DNA of 64,000 nt. Origin: Sedimentisphaerales bacterium (lineage in GTDB: Bacteria; Planctomycetota; Phycisphaerae; Sedimentisphaerales; SM23-30). Below the pieces are notes generated by a model. The model searched no databases. It saw only the letters and a program-made list of their open reading frames with translations, and had not been told where the DNA came from. A program made the position numbers and the translations under genes. Where the stretch lies: the NCBI GenBank assembly GCA_963666285.1, contig OY762711.1; one strand, written 5' to 3'. Each line of letters begins with the position of its first letter. Position 1 is the first letter of the stretch. Shown here one piece after another: positions 40,173-51,361 of the stretch.

Positions 40173-41390
40173 TTAATTACTACTATATAACTTTGCCAGC
40201 CCACCCATTGCTGTTTCCTTGTACTTGCTCTGCATATCTATCCCTGTCTCATACATGACCTTTACTACATCATCAAAATTGATCTTATTCTCGATATTGG
40301 TCGACAATACATAGATCGAACATTCATAGGCCCGTAATGCAGCTAATGCATTTCGCTCAATACATGGTATCTGCACCAGGCCCAATATTGGGTCACAGGT
40401 TACCCCAAGGAAATGTTCCAAGGCCATCTCGGCAGCATATTCTATCTGTGCCAGGCTACCTTTTTGAAGATAAGTAGCAGCTGCTGCCGCCATAGAACAG
40501 GCTGAGCCTATCTCTCCCTGGCAGCCAACCTCTGCACCACTAATCGACGCATTATTTTCAATTAGCCTGCCAAATAAACCTGAAACCGCCAATGCCCGAA
40601 CAATGCTTTCATCATCATACTTAAGGTTCTGATTAAAATAATACAAAATCGCAGGAATAACACCACAGGAACCACAAGTTGGAGCTGTTGTAATTATACT
40701 GCCGTTGGCATTTTCTTCTGCTACTGCCAGGGCATAAGAATGGATAAGTGCCAGATCGCGAGGCAACCCAACAGCTTTACAGGCAAATTCATAAATATTG
40801 GATGCTCTTCTTTTGAGCTGCAGCTCGCCCGGTAAAATACATTCTCCTGCAGCCAGCCCTCTTTCGATAGACTCCTTCATGCTTTCCCATATATCCGCAA
40901 GATAACTGCATAACCCCTCACCCGCAGTATTTACTACAAAATCATCTAAAGCTACACCGGCCTCCAGGCAATGCTGCTTAATTTCTGAAAAGAAATTGTA
41001 CTCTGAGAAACCATTATTGGCTAATTCGGTACTTATTATTCCCTGGCTGTCAGATATCTCACCACCACCAATACTATATACCTCCCACTCCTGCAATATC
41101 GATTTATCTGTTGATAGCTCCCTAAAAACCAAAGTATTAGGGTGCTTTAAACCGTCAAATGAATAATTGAACAGAATCTCAACATTATCACTTTCCAGGC
41201 TGCGAATAATTGCCTTATCTGTCAAGTGCCCTTTACCAGTCAAAGCCAGACTGCCAAAAAGTTCAACCTGAACCTTTGAATTTTGGCCACTTAATCGTCC
41301 CTTAAATATCTCTGCCGCCCTGGCCGGTCCCATGGCATGAGAACTGGAAGGCCCGAATCCGGTCTTGTATATTCCTCTAATTGTCTTCAT
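40173..41390 (-). CDS. sdaA: L-serine ammonia-lyase, Fe-S dependent, single chain
   Basis: GPSSSH, GSLALTGKGH, APTCGSCG, GCQGEIG, CDP..GLVQIPCIERN. Confidence 0.93.
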   Translation of the reverse strand: MKTIRGIYKTGFGPSSSHAMGPARAAEIFKGRLSGQNSKVQVELFGSLALTGKGHLTDKAIIRSLESDNVEILFNYSFDGLKHPNTLVFRELSTDKSILQEWEVYSIGGGEISDSQGIISTELANNGFSEYNFFSEIKQHCLEAGVALDDFVVNTAGEGLCSYLADIWESMKESIERGLAAGECILPGELQLKRRASNIYEFACKAVGLPRDLALIHSYALAVAEENANGSIITTAPTCGSCGVIPAILYYFNQNLKYDDESIVRALAVSGLFGRLIENNASISGAEVGCQGEIGSACSMAAAAATYLQKGSLAQIEYAAEMALEHFLGVTCDPILGLVQIPCIERNALAALRAYECSIYVLSTNIENKINFDDVVKVMYETGIDMQSKYKETAMGGLAKLYSSN

Positions 41391-41569
41391 TTTAGATTGT
41401 TAGCTTCCTGATAATGTCAAAATAAAATCCAATTCAAACAGAATATACTAACAATACTGCCCACAATAAACAACACTTTTACTAAGAAATGGAATACCAA
41501 TTTACCATTTCATGATATTTACCAGAAATATCGCAACAGGCAAATAAATGTAAAGATGATAAAGTAAAT

Positions 41570-42334
41570 TCAAGGCAAAACACTAACATCATTACCAAGA
41601 ATAGTCCCTACCAGAGATAAACAAGGCTGGTATCGACATTCTTTTTCAATATTTAGCTTATAATTCATCCCACAAGCATTATATTTCCCACCTGCAAGTT
41701 TATTATACGGCAATAACTCAATTAAACTAAAATTACTAAGACTGCTAACAATATCGATAATCCCTAAAATATTATCATCTGTATCTGTAATATCCGGTAT
41801 CAAAGGCACCCTGACAGTATATGACACTCCGGATTTATCCAAAAGCTCAAGATTATTATGAATTACCTTATTGTCACTACCTGTCCATTTTTTATGTAAA
41901 CTTGAGTCAGCAATCTTAAGATCAAAATAGACATGATCAACCTTGTTAACAATAGTTTCAAATGCCTCAGACGAAGCATAACCAGAAGTGTCCAAAAGTA
42001 CATGTATCTCTTTATTGAATAAATCAATAACCTCTGATAAGAACTCATATTGCATTAAAGGTTCACCGCCGGAAAAAGTTACTCCTCCCCCGGCATATTT
42101 AAGCATTTCTGACTGCCTTTCAATTTTCTGAAACAATTCAAACGAACTCAGTATATAACCATAAATACGCTGCCCCCCTTCTTTAGCAAACACTTCTATC
42201 TCAGGGTTCAAACCTTCCGGATTATGACACCATTGACATCTCAGTGGGCATCCCTTCAAAAAAAACGTTGTCCTGATACCAGGACCATCATTAACAGCAA
42301 ATTCTTTAATATCAAATATAGTACCACTTAACAC
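41570..42334 (-). CDS. Glycyl-radical enzyme activating protein (radical SAM, short form)
   Basis: DGPGIRT, GCPLRCQWCHNPE, GGVTFSGGEP; probable GTG start at 42334 after GGTG. Confidence 0.92.
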   Translation of the reverse strand: MLSGTIFDIKEFAVNDGPGIRTTFFLKGCPLRCQWCHNPEGLNPEIEVFAKEGGQRIYGYILSSFELFQKIERQSEMLKYAGGGVTFSGGEPLMQYEFLSEVIDLFNKEIHVLLDTSGYASSEAFETIVNKVDHVYFDLKIADSSLHKKWTGSDNKVIHNNLELLDKSGVSYTVRVPLIPDITDTDDNILGIIDIVSSLSNFSLIELLPYNKLAGGKYNACGMNYKLNIEKECRYQPCLSLVGTILGNDVSVLP

Positions 42335-42531
42335 TATTTCACCACCATACTTTACGTACCCTTTATGTCGCACATCCCATCCAAGGGTAAACCTATCCAT
42401 ACCTGTACGCAAATTCCGTTAGAGCTTGTTTTATATGCGACACAGCAATGCCGGACAAAAATAACTAAACTGAATTTCACCAAAAGCAAGTGCTTATTGC
42501 CAAACAAACAATTCCTGGTAACTCTAGAGAT

Positions 42532-43476
42532 TTATCTCCCTTTTTTCCTGGTTTTCAAAAATTGATCAACAAATACACTCAGAAGAATTACAAAGCCCAT
42601 CACAGCAAAATCCAACGAACTTGGAATACCTAATAAAATAACCAGATTACGCAACACACGCAGCAAAGCCGTACCTATAATAATACCAAAAATTGAGCCT
42701 TCGCCGCCTCTCAATGAGCACCCACCCAAAACAGCGGCTGCAATAGCGTACAATTCGTAGAAATTACCATGCGTTGAAGGTGCCACAGAATTGCAGTAAA
42801 AGGTAAACAAAATCGCAGAAACACCTGTCAGCAAACTTGCAATTACATATGCAAACAGAATCACGGTTTTGGTATTTATCCCTGAATATCTAACAGCCTG
42901 CTCATTTTTGCCAATTGCCAGCAGATACCTTCCGTATACAGATCTGTGCAGAAGAACCCAGGCAACTAAACCGATAATCATTAACAGGATAAATGGCATA
43001 GGTATGCCGGCTAAAGTACCGGTAGCAAGAAACCGCAGGCTTTCAAAACCTTCACAACCGCCAAAACCCTTTGTTGAATCACCTGATATATACCTGGCCG
43101 CACCTCGATAAATCAGTAAACCGCATAAAGTCGCGATAAATGGCTGAATCTTGCCAACTGTAACGAGCAAGCCATGAATCAACCCTAGTAAGGCTGAAAT
43201 CAAGAGGACCAATATTACAGCAAAATACCACGGCATTTGAAATGGAATTAGAAAATAGTATAAAACAATGCCTAGCAAAGCAATTACAGAGCCTACTGAA
43301 AGATCTATCCCACCTGTAATAATAACAAAACCTACACCAATACTGAAAATACCGAAAATACCTATCAGTCGTGTCAGATTCTGAATATTATTAACACATA
43401 GAAAAGACGAACTCATACATGCGGTAACAATGCATATCAAGCAGAAGAAAATAGTAATACCGATATCTTTTTTCAT
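42532..43476 (-). CDS. Sugar ABC transporter permease (RbsC-like)
   Basis: GGIDLSVGS, PFIATL, YELYAIAAAVLGG. Confidence 0.93.
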   Translation of the reverse strand: MKKDIGITIFFCLICIVTACMSSSFLCVNNIQNLTRLIGIFGIFSIGVGFVIITGGIDLSVGSVIALLGIVLYYFLIPFQMPWYFAVILVLLISALLGLIHGLLVTVGKIQPFIATLCGLLIYRGAARYISGDSTKGFGGCEGFESLRFLATGTLAGIPMPFILLMIIGLVAWVLLHRSVYGRYLLAIGKNEQAVRYSGINTKTVILFAYVIASLLTGVSAILFTFYCNSVAPSTHGNFYELYAIAAAVLGGCSLRGGEGSIFGIIIGTALLRVLRNLVILLGIPSSLDFAVMGFVILLSVFVDQFLKTRKKGR

Positions 43477-45002
43477 AGCACCTCTCTATTATTTAGATTT
43501 GCTGAACTCTGAACGATCAATTTCATTAACCGATCTTCGGACATATCATCTCTTTCAACAATGCCGGTTATCCTACCTTGACACATTGTTATTACCCGGT
43601 CACTCACACCAATAATTTCTTCCATATCAGAACTTACCATTATTACCAGAACCCCCTGCTCTGTCAGCTTCCTCATGACTTTATATATATCAGATCTCGC
43701 TCCAACATCTACTCCACGGGTTGGCTCGTCAAATATAATAACCTTCGGGTTCTTCCTAAGCCATTTCGCCAGAACCACCTTTTGCTGGTTACCACCGCTA
43801 AGATTAGCAGCTGACTGTTCAACAGAGTCAGCTTTAACCGAATATTCACAACAGACTTTTTCAGCTAAAGCAGTTTCTATTTTAGAATTTACAAAACCAA
43901 AGCTGCCGGATTCACACATCGAAGGTAAAGAAATATTATTTTTAATAGACATTTCCATTATCAATCCGGAATTTCTGCGATCCTCCGGTACAAGATATAT
44001 ACCATAAGCAATAGCACCAGCCGGTGACTTAACATTTAAATCCCGCCCTTCAAGTTTGATGCCGCCGGAAACTGCCTTATCAATACCGGCAATAACAGAA
44101 ACCAACTCTGTCCTTCCTGCACCAACAAGCCCGGTAATCCCCAGGATTTCACCTTTAGCAGCAGAAAATGAGATCGGAATATTTGGCCAAGCATCCGTTC
44201 GGACATCTTCGACGATGAGATAATCGGCTACCGGAGAAATTGTCGGAGGCTGATAGTTATTAGAAATGGTTCTCCCAACCATCACCTTAACCATATTATC
44301 ATAATTAATCTGGCTGGAATCCAGCACACCAGAATTTTCTCCATCTCGCAAACCTACTACTCGATCAGCACATTTGGTTATCTCTTCCAAACGATGAGAG
44401 ATATAAATAATACTAACACCTTTTCTCTTCAAAATGTCAATAATCTTAAATAACTTTTCACTTTCCACCATCGTCAGACTTGATGTTGGTTCATCCATAA
44501 TCAATACCCTGGCATCCAAAGACAAGGCCTTGGCTATTTCAACCATCTGTTTTTGTGCTATGGATAATTTTGCCAAAGGTGTATCAGCAGGCATATCAAA
44601 ACCTATCTGCTCCAAATATACCTGAGCCATCTCATATATTCTGGATTTATCAACCAACTTGCACCATTTTCCAATAAGCGGCTCTCGACCCAAAAAGATA
44701 TTACCGGCAACATCAAGATTCTCAATAACATTTAACTCCTGATGGATAAATCCTATGCCATGCTCTATTGAGCTAATTACATTAGGAAAATATACTTCCT
44801 TTCCATTCAAATATATTTTACCGTCATAATCCTGATATATACCGCCAAGGATATTCATCAATGTGGACTTGCCTGCTCCATTTTCTCCTAATAATGCTAC
44901 AACCTCACCGGGATAAACAGACAAATCGACATTCTTAAGCACAGAAGCATTGGCAAACTTTTTCCCAATCTCTCTCATTTGTAATAACGGTTTAGCTGGC
45001 AT
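43473..45002 (-). CDS. Sugar ABC transporter ATP-binding protein (RbsA-like)
   Basis: GENGAGKST, DEPT twice, LSGGNQQK. Confidence 0.95.
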   Translation of the reverse strand: MPAKPLLQMREIGKKFANASVLKNVDLSVYPGEVVALLGENGAGKSTLMNILGGIYQDYDGKIYLNGKEVYFPNVISSIEHGIGFIHQELNVIENLDVAGNIFLGREPLIGKWCKLVDKSRIYEMAQVYLEQIGFDMPADTPLAKLSIAQKQMVEIAKALSLDARVLIMDEPTSSLTMVESEKLFKIIDILKRKGVSIIYISHRLEEITKCADRVVGLRDGENSGVLDSSQINYDNMVKVMVGRTISNNYQPPTISPVADYLIVEDVRTDAWPNIPISFSAAKGEILGITGLVGAGRTELVSVIAGIDKAVSGGIKLEGRDLNVKSPAGAIAYGIYLVPEDRRNSGLIMEMSIKNNISLPSMCESGSFGFVNSKIETALAEKVCCEYSVKADSVEQSAANLSGGNQQKVVLAKWLRKNPKVIIFDEPTRGVDVGARSDIYKVMRKLTEQGVLVIMVSSDMEEIIGVSDRVITMCQGRITGIVERDDMSEDRLMKLIVQSSANLNNREVL

Positions 45003-45087
45003 AATAACTCTTAAAATCTCTTAAGCAACTTTGGCTGTTTTGACGCCGGCAGTAATAGCAGCAAGCAACGTCCTGTCACTCCTTGAA

Positions 45088-46050
45088 TTACAACTTACGT
45101 ATCTCTTTCATTTTTGACATAAAACTTCCGGCCTGCTCCTGTTTAATTACGGCAGTTGGAATTTCTATAACACCATCTTCTGGAATTGACCCGGCATGAC
45201 CTTCCAGATATGAACTTATAAGTTTAATCGACTGATATCCAAATTCAAAAGGCTGCTGCACAACTGTAGCATATATATAACCCTTTTCAACCCCATCCAA
45301 TACGGCTTCTTCTTCATCAAAAGCCACAATATTAATTTTTCCTAACAAATTAGCATCCTTTACAGCTTCAAGTATCATTGAGCCATTATAACTCCACAGG
45401 CCAACCAGACAATCAACCTCTGGGGACTTAATTAAAGTTTCACTAACATTCGAACGCGCTACTGCATAATCAAGATTATCTGTTCGTATATCCAGTATCT
45501 TGATTGAAGTTCCATTCAGCTCTTCCTGCAGCCCTTGTATTCGCTCTTTCGCATTCTGGGCATCTGTTTTGCCAACGAAAATTACAATTTCACCGCCATC
45601 AGGTAAAATTTCTTTAACTAATTTACCTGCTTCTTTACCGGCATTAACATTATTTGTTCCAATATAGCACAATCTATCACTCCCAGCTGCATCACTATCT
45701 GTTATTATTACCGGAATACTCGCAGCAAGTTCGTTCACCATCAGGCTTTGATTATCAGGGTCAAGAGGAGTAAAAACCAAACCATCAATACCCTTTACCA
45801 TTAAGTCATCAATCATACTTTTCTGCTCTGCCGCTGTACCATTACTCGTAAAACGAAATTCCACATCAATATTTGGCAACTCAGAGTCAGCTTTATCACA
45901 ACCTGCTTTGGCTATAGTCCACATATCTGTAGCTGCACCGGCAACAAAAGCGACTTTTTTATTGCCACTTTCTACGCCATCCTTATCACAACCACATAAA
46001 GATACAAATAACAAAACTATCAGCCAACAACCAATTCGGGGATTTTTCAT
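45088..46050 (-). CDS. Sugar ABC transporter substrate-binding lipoprotein
   Basis: Lipobox LCGC, YIGTNN, ATVVQQPFEFGY. Confidence 0.9.
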   Translation of the reverse strand: MKNPRIGCWLIVLLFVSLCGCDKDGVESGNKKVAFVAGAATDMWTIAKAGCDKADSELPNIDVEFRFTSNGTAAEQKSMIDDLMVKGIDGLVFTPLDPDNQSLMVNELAASIPVIITDSDAAGSDRLCYIGTNNVNAGKEAGKLVKEILPDGGEIVIFVGKTDAQNAKERIQGLQEELNGTSIKILDIRTDNLDYAVARSNVSETLIKSPEVDCLVGLWSYNGSMILEAVKDANLLGKINIVAFDEEEAVLDGVEKGYIYATVVQQPFEFGYQSIKLISSYLEGHAGSIPEDGVIEIPTAVIKQEQAGSFMSKMKEIRKL

Positions 46051-46154
46051 AAAAGCTATCCTTTCAACAATTATAATTAACTGTAATCAGCATGCATTAT
46101 TTTAGGCAAGATAAATATTAACTTAATATTTGATAACACAACTACTGCAACTAC

Positions 46155-48314
46155 TCACACATTATATTTTACTCTCTGGATAATTTGTCTCTGATATTCA
46201 TCACCCAGCTCACAAAAATACCCACTCCAGCCCCACACCCTGACAATAAGATTTCTATAACGAACAGGATCTTTTTGAGCTGCCTGCAATGTCGCTTCAT
46301 TTAATGTATTGAGCTGAAGCTGCTGACAGCCCAATTGTGTAAAGATTTTGATTAACATTGCAACCTTTTTCAATGAGTCAGATTTATCGAAAACACTTTC
46401 TGCCAATTCCATGGTTATTGGCCCGCCATTATTAATACGCTCGTATGGAACTTTACTAAAAGATTGCAGGACACTCATAGGGCCGCCAGAAACCGTTGAT
46501 AAAGCCGGAGCCAGGTTTGTCCCAAAATAATCACCGGATTTTCGACCATCTGCGGTAGCTCCCAGCTTCTGCTGATTTGCCAGCCAAACAAAATACATTG
46601 CCGAACCTGTACCCGGCCTGAATCTGCCTCCTCGCCCATTATCACTATATTTTTCACATGCTTTTGCAAAAGCATTGAATAAAAATACCATATGCTGATC
46701 AGCAGCATCATCGTTATTTCCTATTTTAGGTGATTCATTTAACAACTTATTCCTGATATTATCATAACTTTCATAATTTAAATCAATTGCCTTTTTTAAT
46801 TCGGCTAAAGAAATATCTTTGATATCAAAAACATGCTTTTTAACGGCTGCCAGGGCATCTGCGGCATCGCTGACGCAAGCACCATGAATACCAAAATTGT
46901 TATACTTGGCTCCCTGAGAAATATCTTTGCCGGCCTCTAATGCATCCGTCATCAAAACTGAATAGTACGGTGCCGGCGGCAGGGTCAAATCATTCATTCG
47001 ATTTGCTATTTTATTAACCTGGTCTGCTATATTGCTGACAACTTTTTCCTGGATCTGATTAAATGTATAATCTTGTTTCGCCCCCTCGGTAAGTGCATTA
47101 TTCACCGCCTCAGGCATTGAAACAGCTCCAACATTTACTACTTCCATTCCCTTACCGGGAATAATAAATTCCCAGCAAGCTGCAACGCTATAGTCACGAG
47201 CATCTCCGCAATCATAACCAGATGCAACTAAAGAAGGAATAACAATATCATCATTACTGTACTGAGGAAAACCAAGCCCCTTGCGGGTCAATTCGCAGGC
47301 AAAATATAACAGATCCGGATCTGTGTCACGATTAATCCGCAGATTGATTTTTGGATCAATAAGACATAAATCCTTAGCTACCTGCAAAACGAGAGTCGTT
47401 AATGGATTTATACCGCAAGAACCATCTCGTTTTACTCCTCCCAGCATCAAAGATTGCCCATTATCCCCTTGCTGAATGCCTGGATACAAATCGCTATCCT
47501 TATTGAGTGATATAAAAAACTCGGCAAGAATATCTACCGCACCCTGCACTGATATTATATTCGATTCTAAATCATGTTTCAAATATGGCCACATATACTG
47601 ATCAAATCTTCCCAGGCCAACATGATAATGAGAACTCATCCATAATACCGAATGACATATACGCAGGAATTGCAAAGCTTCCTGAAAAGTTCTCGGTTTA
47701 TGCGCTGGCACTCTACCCAGCACTTGAACCAGATCATGCCTGCCTTGAGCTAAAGCTGCATCAGCATACCGTTGGGTCAACTCTAAAACAGCATCAATAG
47801 CTGATACCGCTGAATTTAAAAAGATCTCCTTTTCCAAATTCCCAGTAAAGATTTTCAGACTTTTTAACGCTGTTCGTTTTCTTTCCAAAAGCCCAGATTC
47901 TAATACCATCTGCCAGTCAGCACAAATATTGCTTATAGGACCAAGTTCGTGAAACACATTTTCTTTCTTTATGCTCTCCCACTGATCTATGGAAAAAAGA
48001 AGTGGAACTTCCGTAATTGTCCTGCTAAAAACAATATTGTCTCCAGGTTCTATCACAGCAATTTCAGCCTGACACATTCTCTCGGTCAATAATGCGGCCC
48101 GCTGCATCCAGTTAAGATTATGCTTGTCAGCTTCTGCAGCAATATCTAAAGTAATATTTCGCCTGCACTTCTTATAGCCGCCTCCCCTGACATAGTCACG
48201 CAGCTGCATGATATGTTCCGATGGAGAAGGCCAGAAATATATCTCTCTCCCATTGGATTCAATACTTTCGCATTGATTATTTTTCTTATCCAACTTCCTA
48301 ACATCAACCTTCAT
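46155..48314 (-). CDS. Glycyl radical enzyme (PFL superfamily, not canonical PFL)
   Basis: GRFDQY, single-Cys loop AACWE, ATADGR, Gly loop IVRVWGWSGYF. Confidence 0.9.
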   Translation of the reverse strand: MKVDVRKLDKKNNQCESIESNGREIYFWPSPSEHIMQLRDYVRGGGYKKCRRNITLDIAAEADKHNLNWMQRAALLTERMCQAEIAVIEPGDNIVFSRTITEVPLLFSIDQWESIKKENVFHELGPISNICADWQMVLESGLLERKRTALKSLKIFTGNLEKEIFLNSAVSAIDAVLELTQRYADAALAQGRHDLVQVLGRVPAHKPRTFQEALQFLRICHSVLWMSSHYHVGLGRFDQYMWPYLKHDLESNIISVQGAVDILAEFFISLNKDSDLYPGIQQGDNGQSLMLGGVKRDGSCGINPLTTLVLQVAKDLCLIDPKINLRINRDTDPDLLYFACELTRKGLGFPQYSNDDIVIPSLVASGYDCGDARDYSVAACWEFIIPGKGMEVVNVGAVSMPEAVNNALTEGAKQDYTFNQIQEKVVSNIADQVNKIANRMNDLTLPPAPYYSVLMTDALEAGKDISQGAKYNNFGIHGACVSDAADALAAVKKHVFDIKDISLAELKKAIDLNYESYDNIRNKLLNESPKIGNNDDAADQHMVFLFNAFAKACEKYSDNGRGGRFRPGTGSAMYFVWLANQQKLGATADGRKSGDYFGTNLAPALSTVSGGPMSVLQSFSKVPYERINNGGPITMELAESVFDKSDSLKKVAMLIKIFTQLGCQQLQLNTLNEATLQAAQKDPVRYRNLIVRVWGWSGYFCELGDEYQRQIIQRVKYNV

Positions 48315-48527
48315 TATTCACCTTCAAACAAATGACATCTTTTTACTTAGATAACTTAAGTTAACTTTCGTAGTTTTTAAGTTGCAAAATCGGTATACTT
48401 ATTCAATTTTACTACTAAACAAATATTCCTAAATGAACTTTTCACATTGCATCAAGCAGTCATTATATACCAACTTAAACTGTACTACGAAAATAACTTT
48501 TTTTGCACAAGCAAACTCAACTAAAGA

Positions 48528-51035
48528 TTAATTATTTGAGTTCGCATTTATATTTATAATTGTAAACGAATAAGGAGGAAAAACATACTCACCGATACCC
48601 CCACTAAAATTAAGATCTGCCGTCATCTTTATCGGAACTATTTTTTCAGGATTATCCGGAGTATTTTTATCTTCCAGATTGCCGCTTATTTGCTCAATCG
48701 AAACTTGCTGCTTCATTGGAGAAAAACCTGATATCCTGATATCCGTATCAACAGCTCGAAAATCCAGATTGACAACACGTAAAGATAACTGCTTACCATC
48801 CTCGCTAATGCAGGCTGAAACATCCAGGGCATTATTAAAACTGCTGCTCATACTTTTTACACAAACAGGCAAATAGTTATCGGCAAACATCTTGGTTACA
48901 TAATATGAAGATTGTCCCCATACCTGTGAAGGATTCAGGAAAAGCATCCCCTGATCCCACCCGTTATCGTTTTGTTTATCCGGCTGAAGACAATTCGCAG
49001 CACACAAAACCGGCATTTCATATTCAAATCTCTGAATTTCATTAATTGTATGAGCATGAGCCAAACCACGATAAAACAAATGGTTAAATGCATTTTCCTC
49101 AAAGATTGTCACCTTAAAATCTCCATCCGGGCATAACTGTTTTAAATGATAAAACAAATCACTCATCCCAAACATACCATGCTCTTCAATATCAGCATTA
49201 CGCGGACGATTATTATTAACATGCACATCAAACCAGACTGATCTGCCATGCTTTGTGGCAAGATCTACAATCTTTTTATGAATATCCAGATTGCTTACTG
49301 CTACACCTCTAAAATTCGATGGATCAATTATTCGTTCGTTATACGCAAAATCACCTGCTATTATTTTTATGTTGGCATCTTTAGCCCATATAGCTTCAGC
49401 CATAGGCTTAAATTTTGCCCAATATTCTTCATTTAGACTTTCTTCATTTCCAAGCTGAATATATTTCAGGTTATACGGCTCTGGATGACCATGCTGTACC
49501 CTTAATCGCCCCCACTCTGTGTTAGCAGCACCGTTAACGTACTCAATAAAGTCAACCATATCTTCTACTGTCTCATCGATCATAAAATCGGGAATACATT
49601 CAAATCCGGCGGCTTGACACATCTCGATAAAATCAATGATCCCCCAGCCATTAGAAGAATAGGTATACCAGAAACCTCTATAAGGCGGCCTCTTATCTCG
49701 TGGACCAATCATCTTTTTCCAGTTATATTCAGACGCCTCCGCCATACATCCACCATATCGCAATACAGTTATGCCCTGGTTTACTAATGCATCCACAACA
49801 TCTTTCCTGCATGGTAAATTTTTATACCTGCCCCAAACACCAGGCTGCAAAAAGACATGACCATAAGTTACAGCTCCTTTTTCTTTCATAACAATATTGA
49901 AATCTGCATCGACATCTTCTGTATCCGGTATGATATTAAAATCATACCTATTCCATTCTTTGCTGCTGATCGTTATTTTCTTTTCGGCATAATTTTTCTT
50001 ATTCTCTTTATCAGCCAATACAAGAAATATATCTACCGGCTTTTCTGCCCTGGCCCATAAATAACCTTCGTACTCCTTACCCTTCCGGTAACACATCCCC
50101 CACTGATTTAACCCTCTATTACTAATACCAACCTGCCCGGCACCGGAAACAAACTCCACATATTGGCTTTGTTTTCCATTATAAGTACCATTTTTAACCA
50201 GTTGATAATTTGCTTTCACATCTCCATCAACTACAGGAATCCACATCCCGCTAACTTCTCCCTGGTAGTTCACACTTTCATGCTTTACAAAGCCAGGTGT
50301 TATTTTTTCCCCTTTACATTCTATCCAAAAATTGCGAATGTTTACATTTTTATGCCAGGACCTGAAACCAATTTTACCTGCTTCCAGCGGGTTGGATGTA
50401 TCAGTATAAACCAGCTTTTCTTCGCCATCGACCAAAATACGCAATGATTCTTTCTGCATCTCAACCTGTAACTTCACCCAACGATCGAGCGGAACCTGAC
50501 ATGGTATTTCTTTTATTGGCTCCCAATTGTTTCTATGCCTGCCCAAAATCAGGGTCTGATCTTTAGGATTTAGAGATATTTCATATCCATAAAACCTGTT
50601 AACCCCTTTGCCTGGATCAGATACTTTTGTAATAAAACCGGCATTACCATAATCTATATCTGAAAACGATAATTCCATCCCAACCTTTCCAACAGAAAAA
50701 TCTGTATGCCGATATATCAGTTTGGAACCGCCATCAGCACCTACTTGCAAATAGTCTCCCTTTATTTTCCATACTCCGCCATATCCATTATAATCCCTGA
50801 ACTGCTTATTAATATCGGGCAGTTCTTCAAAACTTTCTCCAAATATCATCTGGCTATATATGCCGCCATATATTTCATGGTTCACATCTTCAATGCATGC
50901 CCCTGTCGTCAAACGACTGATTTTATGGCTTACCTCATCCGCCATGACACAGATATCACCAGAAATTGTACTATCCCCAATCGCAGCATTACCTAACATA
51001 GCTATCACAATTAAAAAAACAAAACGAGGCAACAT
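48528..51035 (-). CDS. Secreted GH51-like alpha-L-arabinofuranosidase with an inserted lectin-like domain
   Basis: EDVNHEIYGG, LRYGG, HPEPYNLKYIQLGNE, C-terminal FPPYSFTI; signal peptide; AGGAG SD. Confidence 0.8.
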   Translation of the reverse strand: MLPRFVFLIVIAMLGNAAIGDSTISGDICVMADEVSHKISRLTTGACIEDVNHEIYGGIYSQMIFGESFEELPDINKQFRDYNGYGGVWKIKGDYLQVGADGGSKLIYRHTDFSVGKVGMELSFSDIDYGNAGFITKVSDPGKGVNRFYGYEISLNPKDQTLILGRHRNNWEPIKEIPCQVPLDRWVKLQVEMQKESLRILVDGEEKLVYTDTSNPLEAGKIGFRSWHKNVNIRNFWIECKGEKITPGFVKHESVNYQGEVSGMWIPVVDGDVKANYQLVKNGTYNGKQSQYVEFVSGAGQVGISNRGLNQWGMCYRKGKEYEGYLWARAEKPVDIFLVLADKENKKNYAEKKITISSKEWNRYDFNIIPDTEDVDADFNIVMKEKGAVTYGHVFLQPGVWGRYKNLPCRKDVVDALVNQGITVLRYGGCMAEASEYNWKKMIGPRDKRPPYRGFWYTYSSNGWGIIDFIEMCQAAGFECIPDFMIDETVEDMVDFIEYVNGAANTEWGRLRVQHGHPEPYNLKYIQLGNEESLNEEYWAKFKPMAEAIWAKDANIKIIAGDFAYNERIIDPSNFRGVAVSNLDIHKKIVDLATKHGRSVWFDVHVNNNRPRNADIEEHGMFGMSDLFYHLKQLCPDGDFKVTIFEENAFNHLFYRGLAHAHTINEIQRFEYEMPVLCAANCLQPDKQNDNGWDQGMLFLNPSQVWGQSSYYVTKMFADNYLPVCVKSMSSSFNNALDVSACISEDGKQLSLRVVNLDFRAVDTDIRISGFSPMKQQVSIEQISGNLEDKNTPDNPEKIVPIKMTADLNFSGGIGEYVFPPYSFTIININANSNN

Positions 51036-51312
51036 ATAATATCTCCTGTTGATTACTCTTTTATCAGCTTCAAAGCCTCAAACATATGAACAAAACATTC
51101 CAATAATTACACTTGTATAAATCGGCCTGACATAAACCGCATAATTATATAATAATCTAAAATAGTCAGATTAGTAATAGTTATCTTTTACAGTTTTTAA
51201 GTCGCAATAACGATGTGCCGTTTGGTAAATCTTCTAATAGGGCTGTTCTGAAACATTCACTGTCTAATAATAAAAAACATCTTAAACTGATCATCTGTAA
51301 GTTTAAGTAAGA

Positions 51313-51344
51313 TATGGGCATCTCAAACACTTGAGACGCCCATA
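51313..51344 (-). terminator. Hairpin downstream of the LamG gene
   Basis: TATGGGCATCTCAA-ACAC-TTGAGACGCCCATA (one mismatch); weak U tail. Confidence 0.5.
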
Positions 51345-51361
51345 CTGATTAAGGTTTTACA

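Noticed and set aside
45003..45087. Tiny ORF after an AAGGAG between the binding-protein and ATPase genes
   Set aside because: Only 15-22 codons, non-ATG start, poor SD spacing; unsupported.
46155..48314. Naming the GRE pflB
   Set aside because: It lacks the adjacent Cys-Cys pair of pyruvate formate-lyase.
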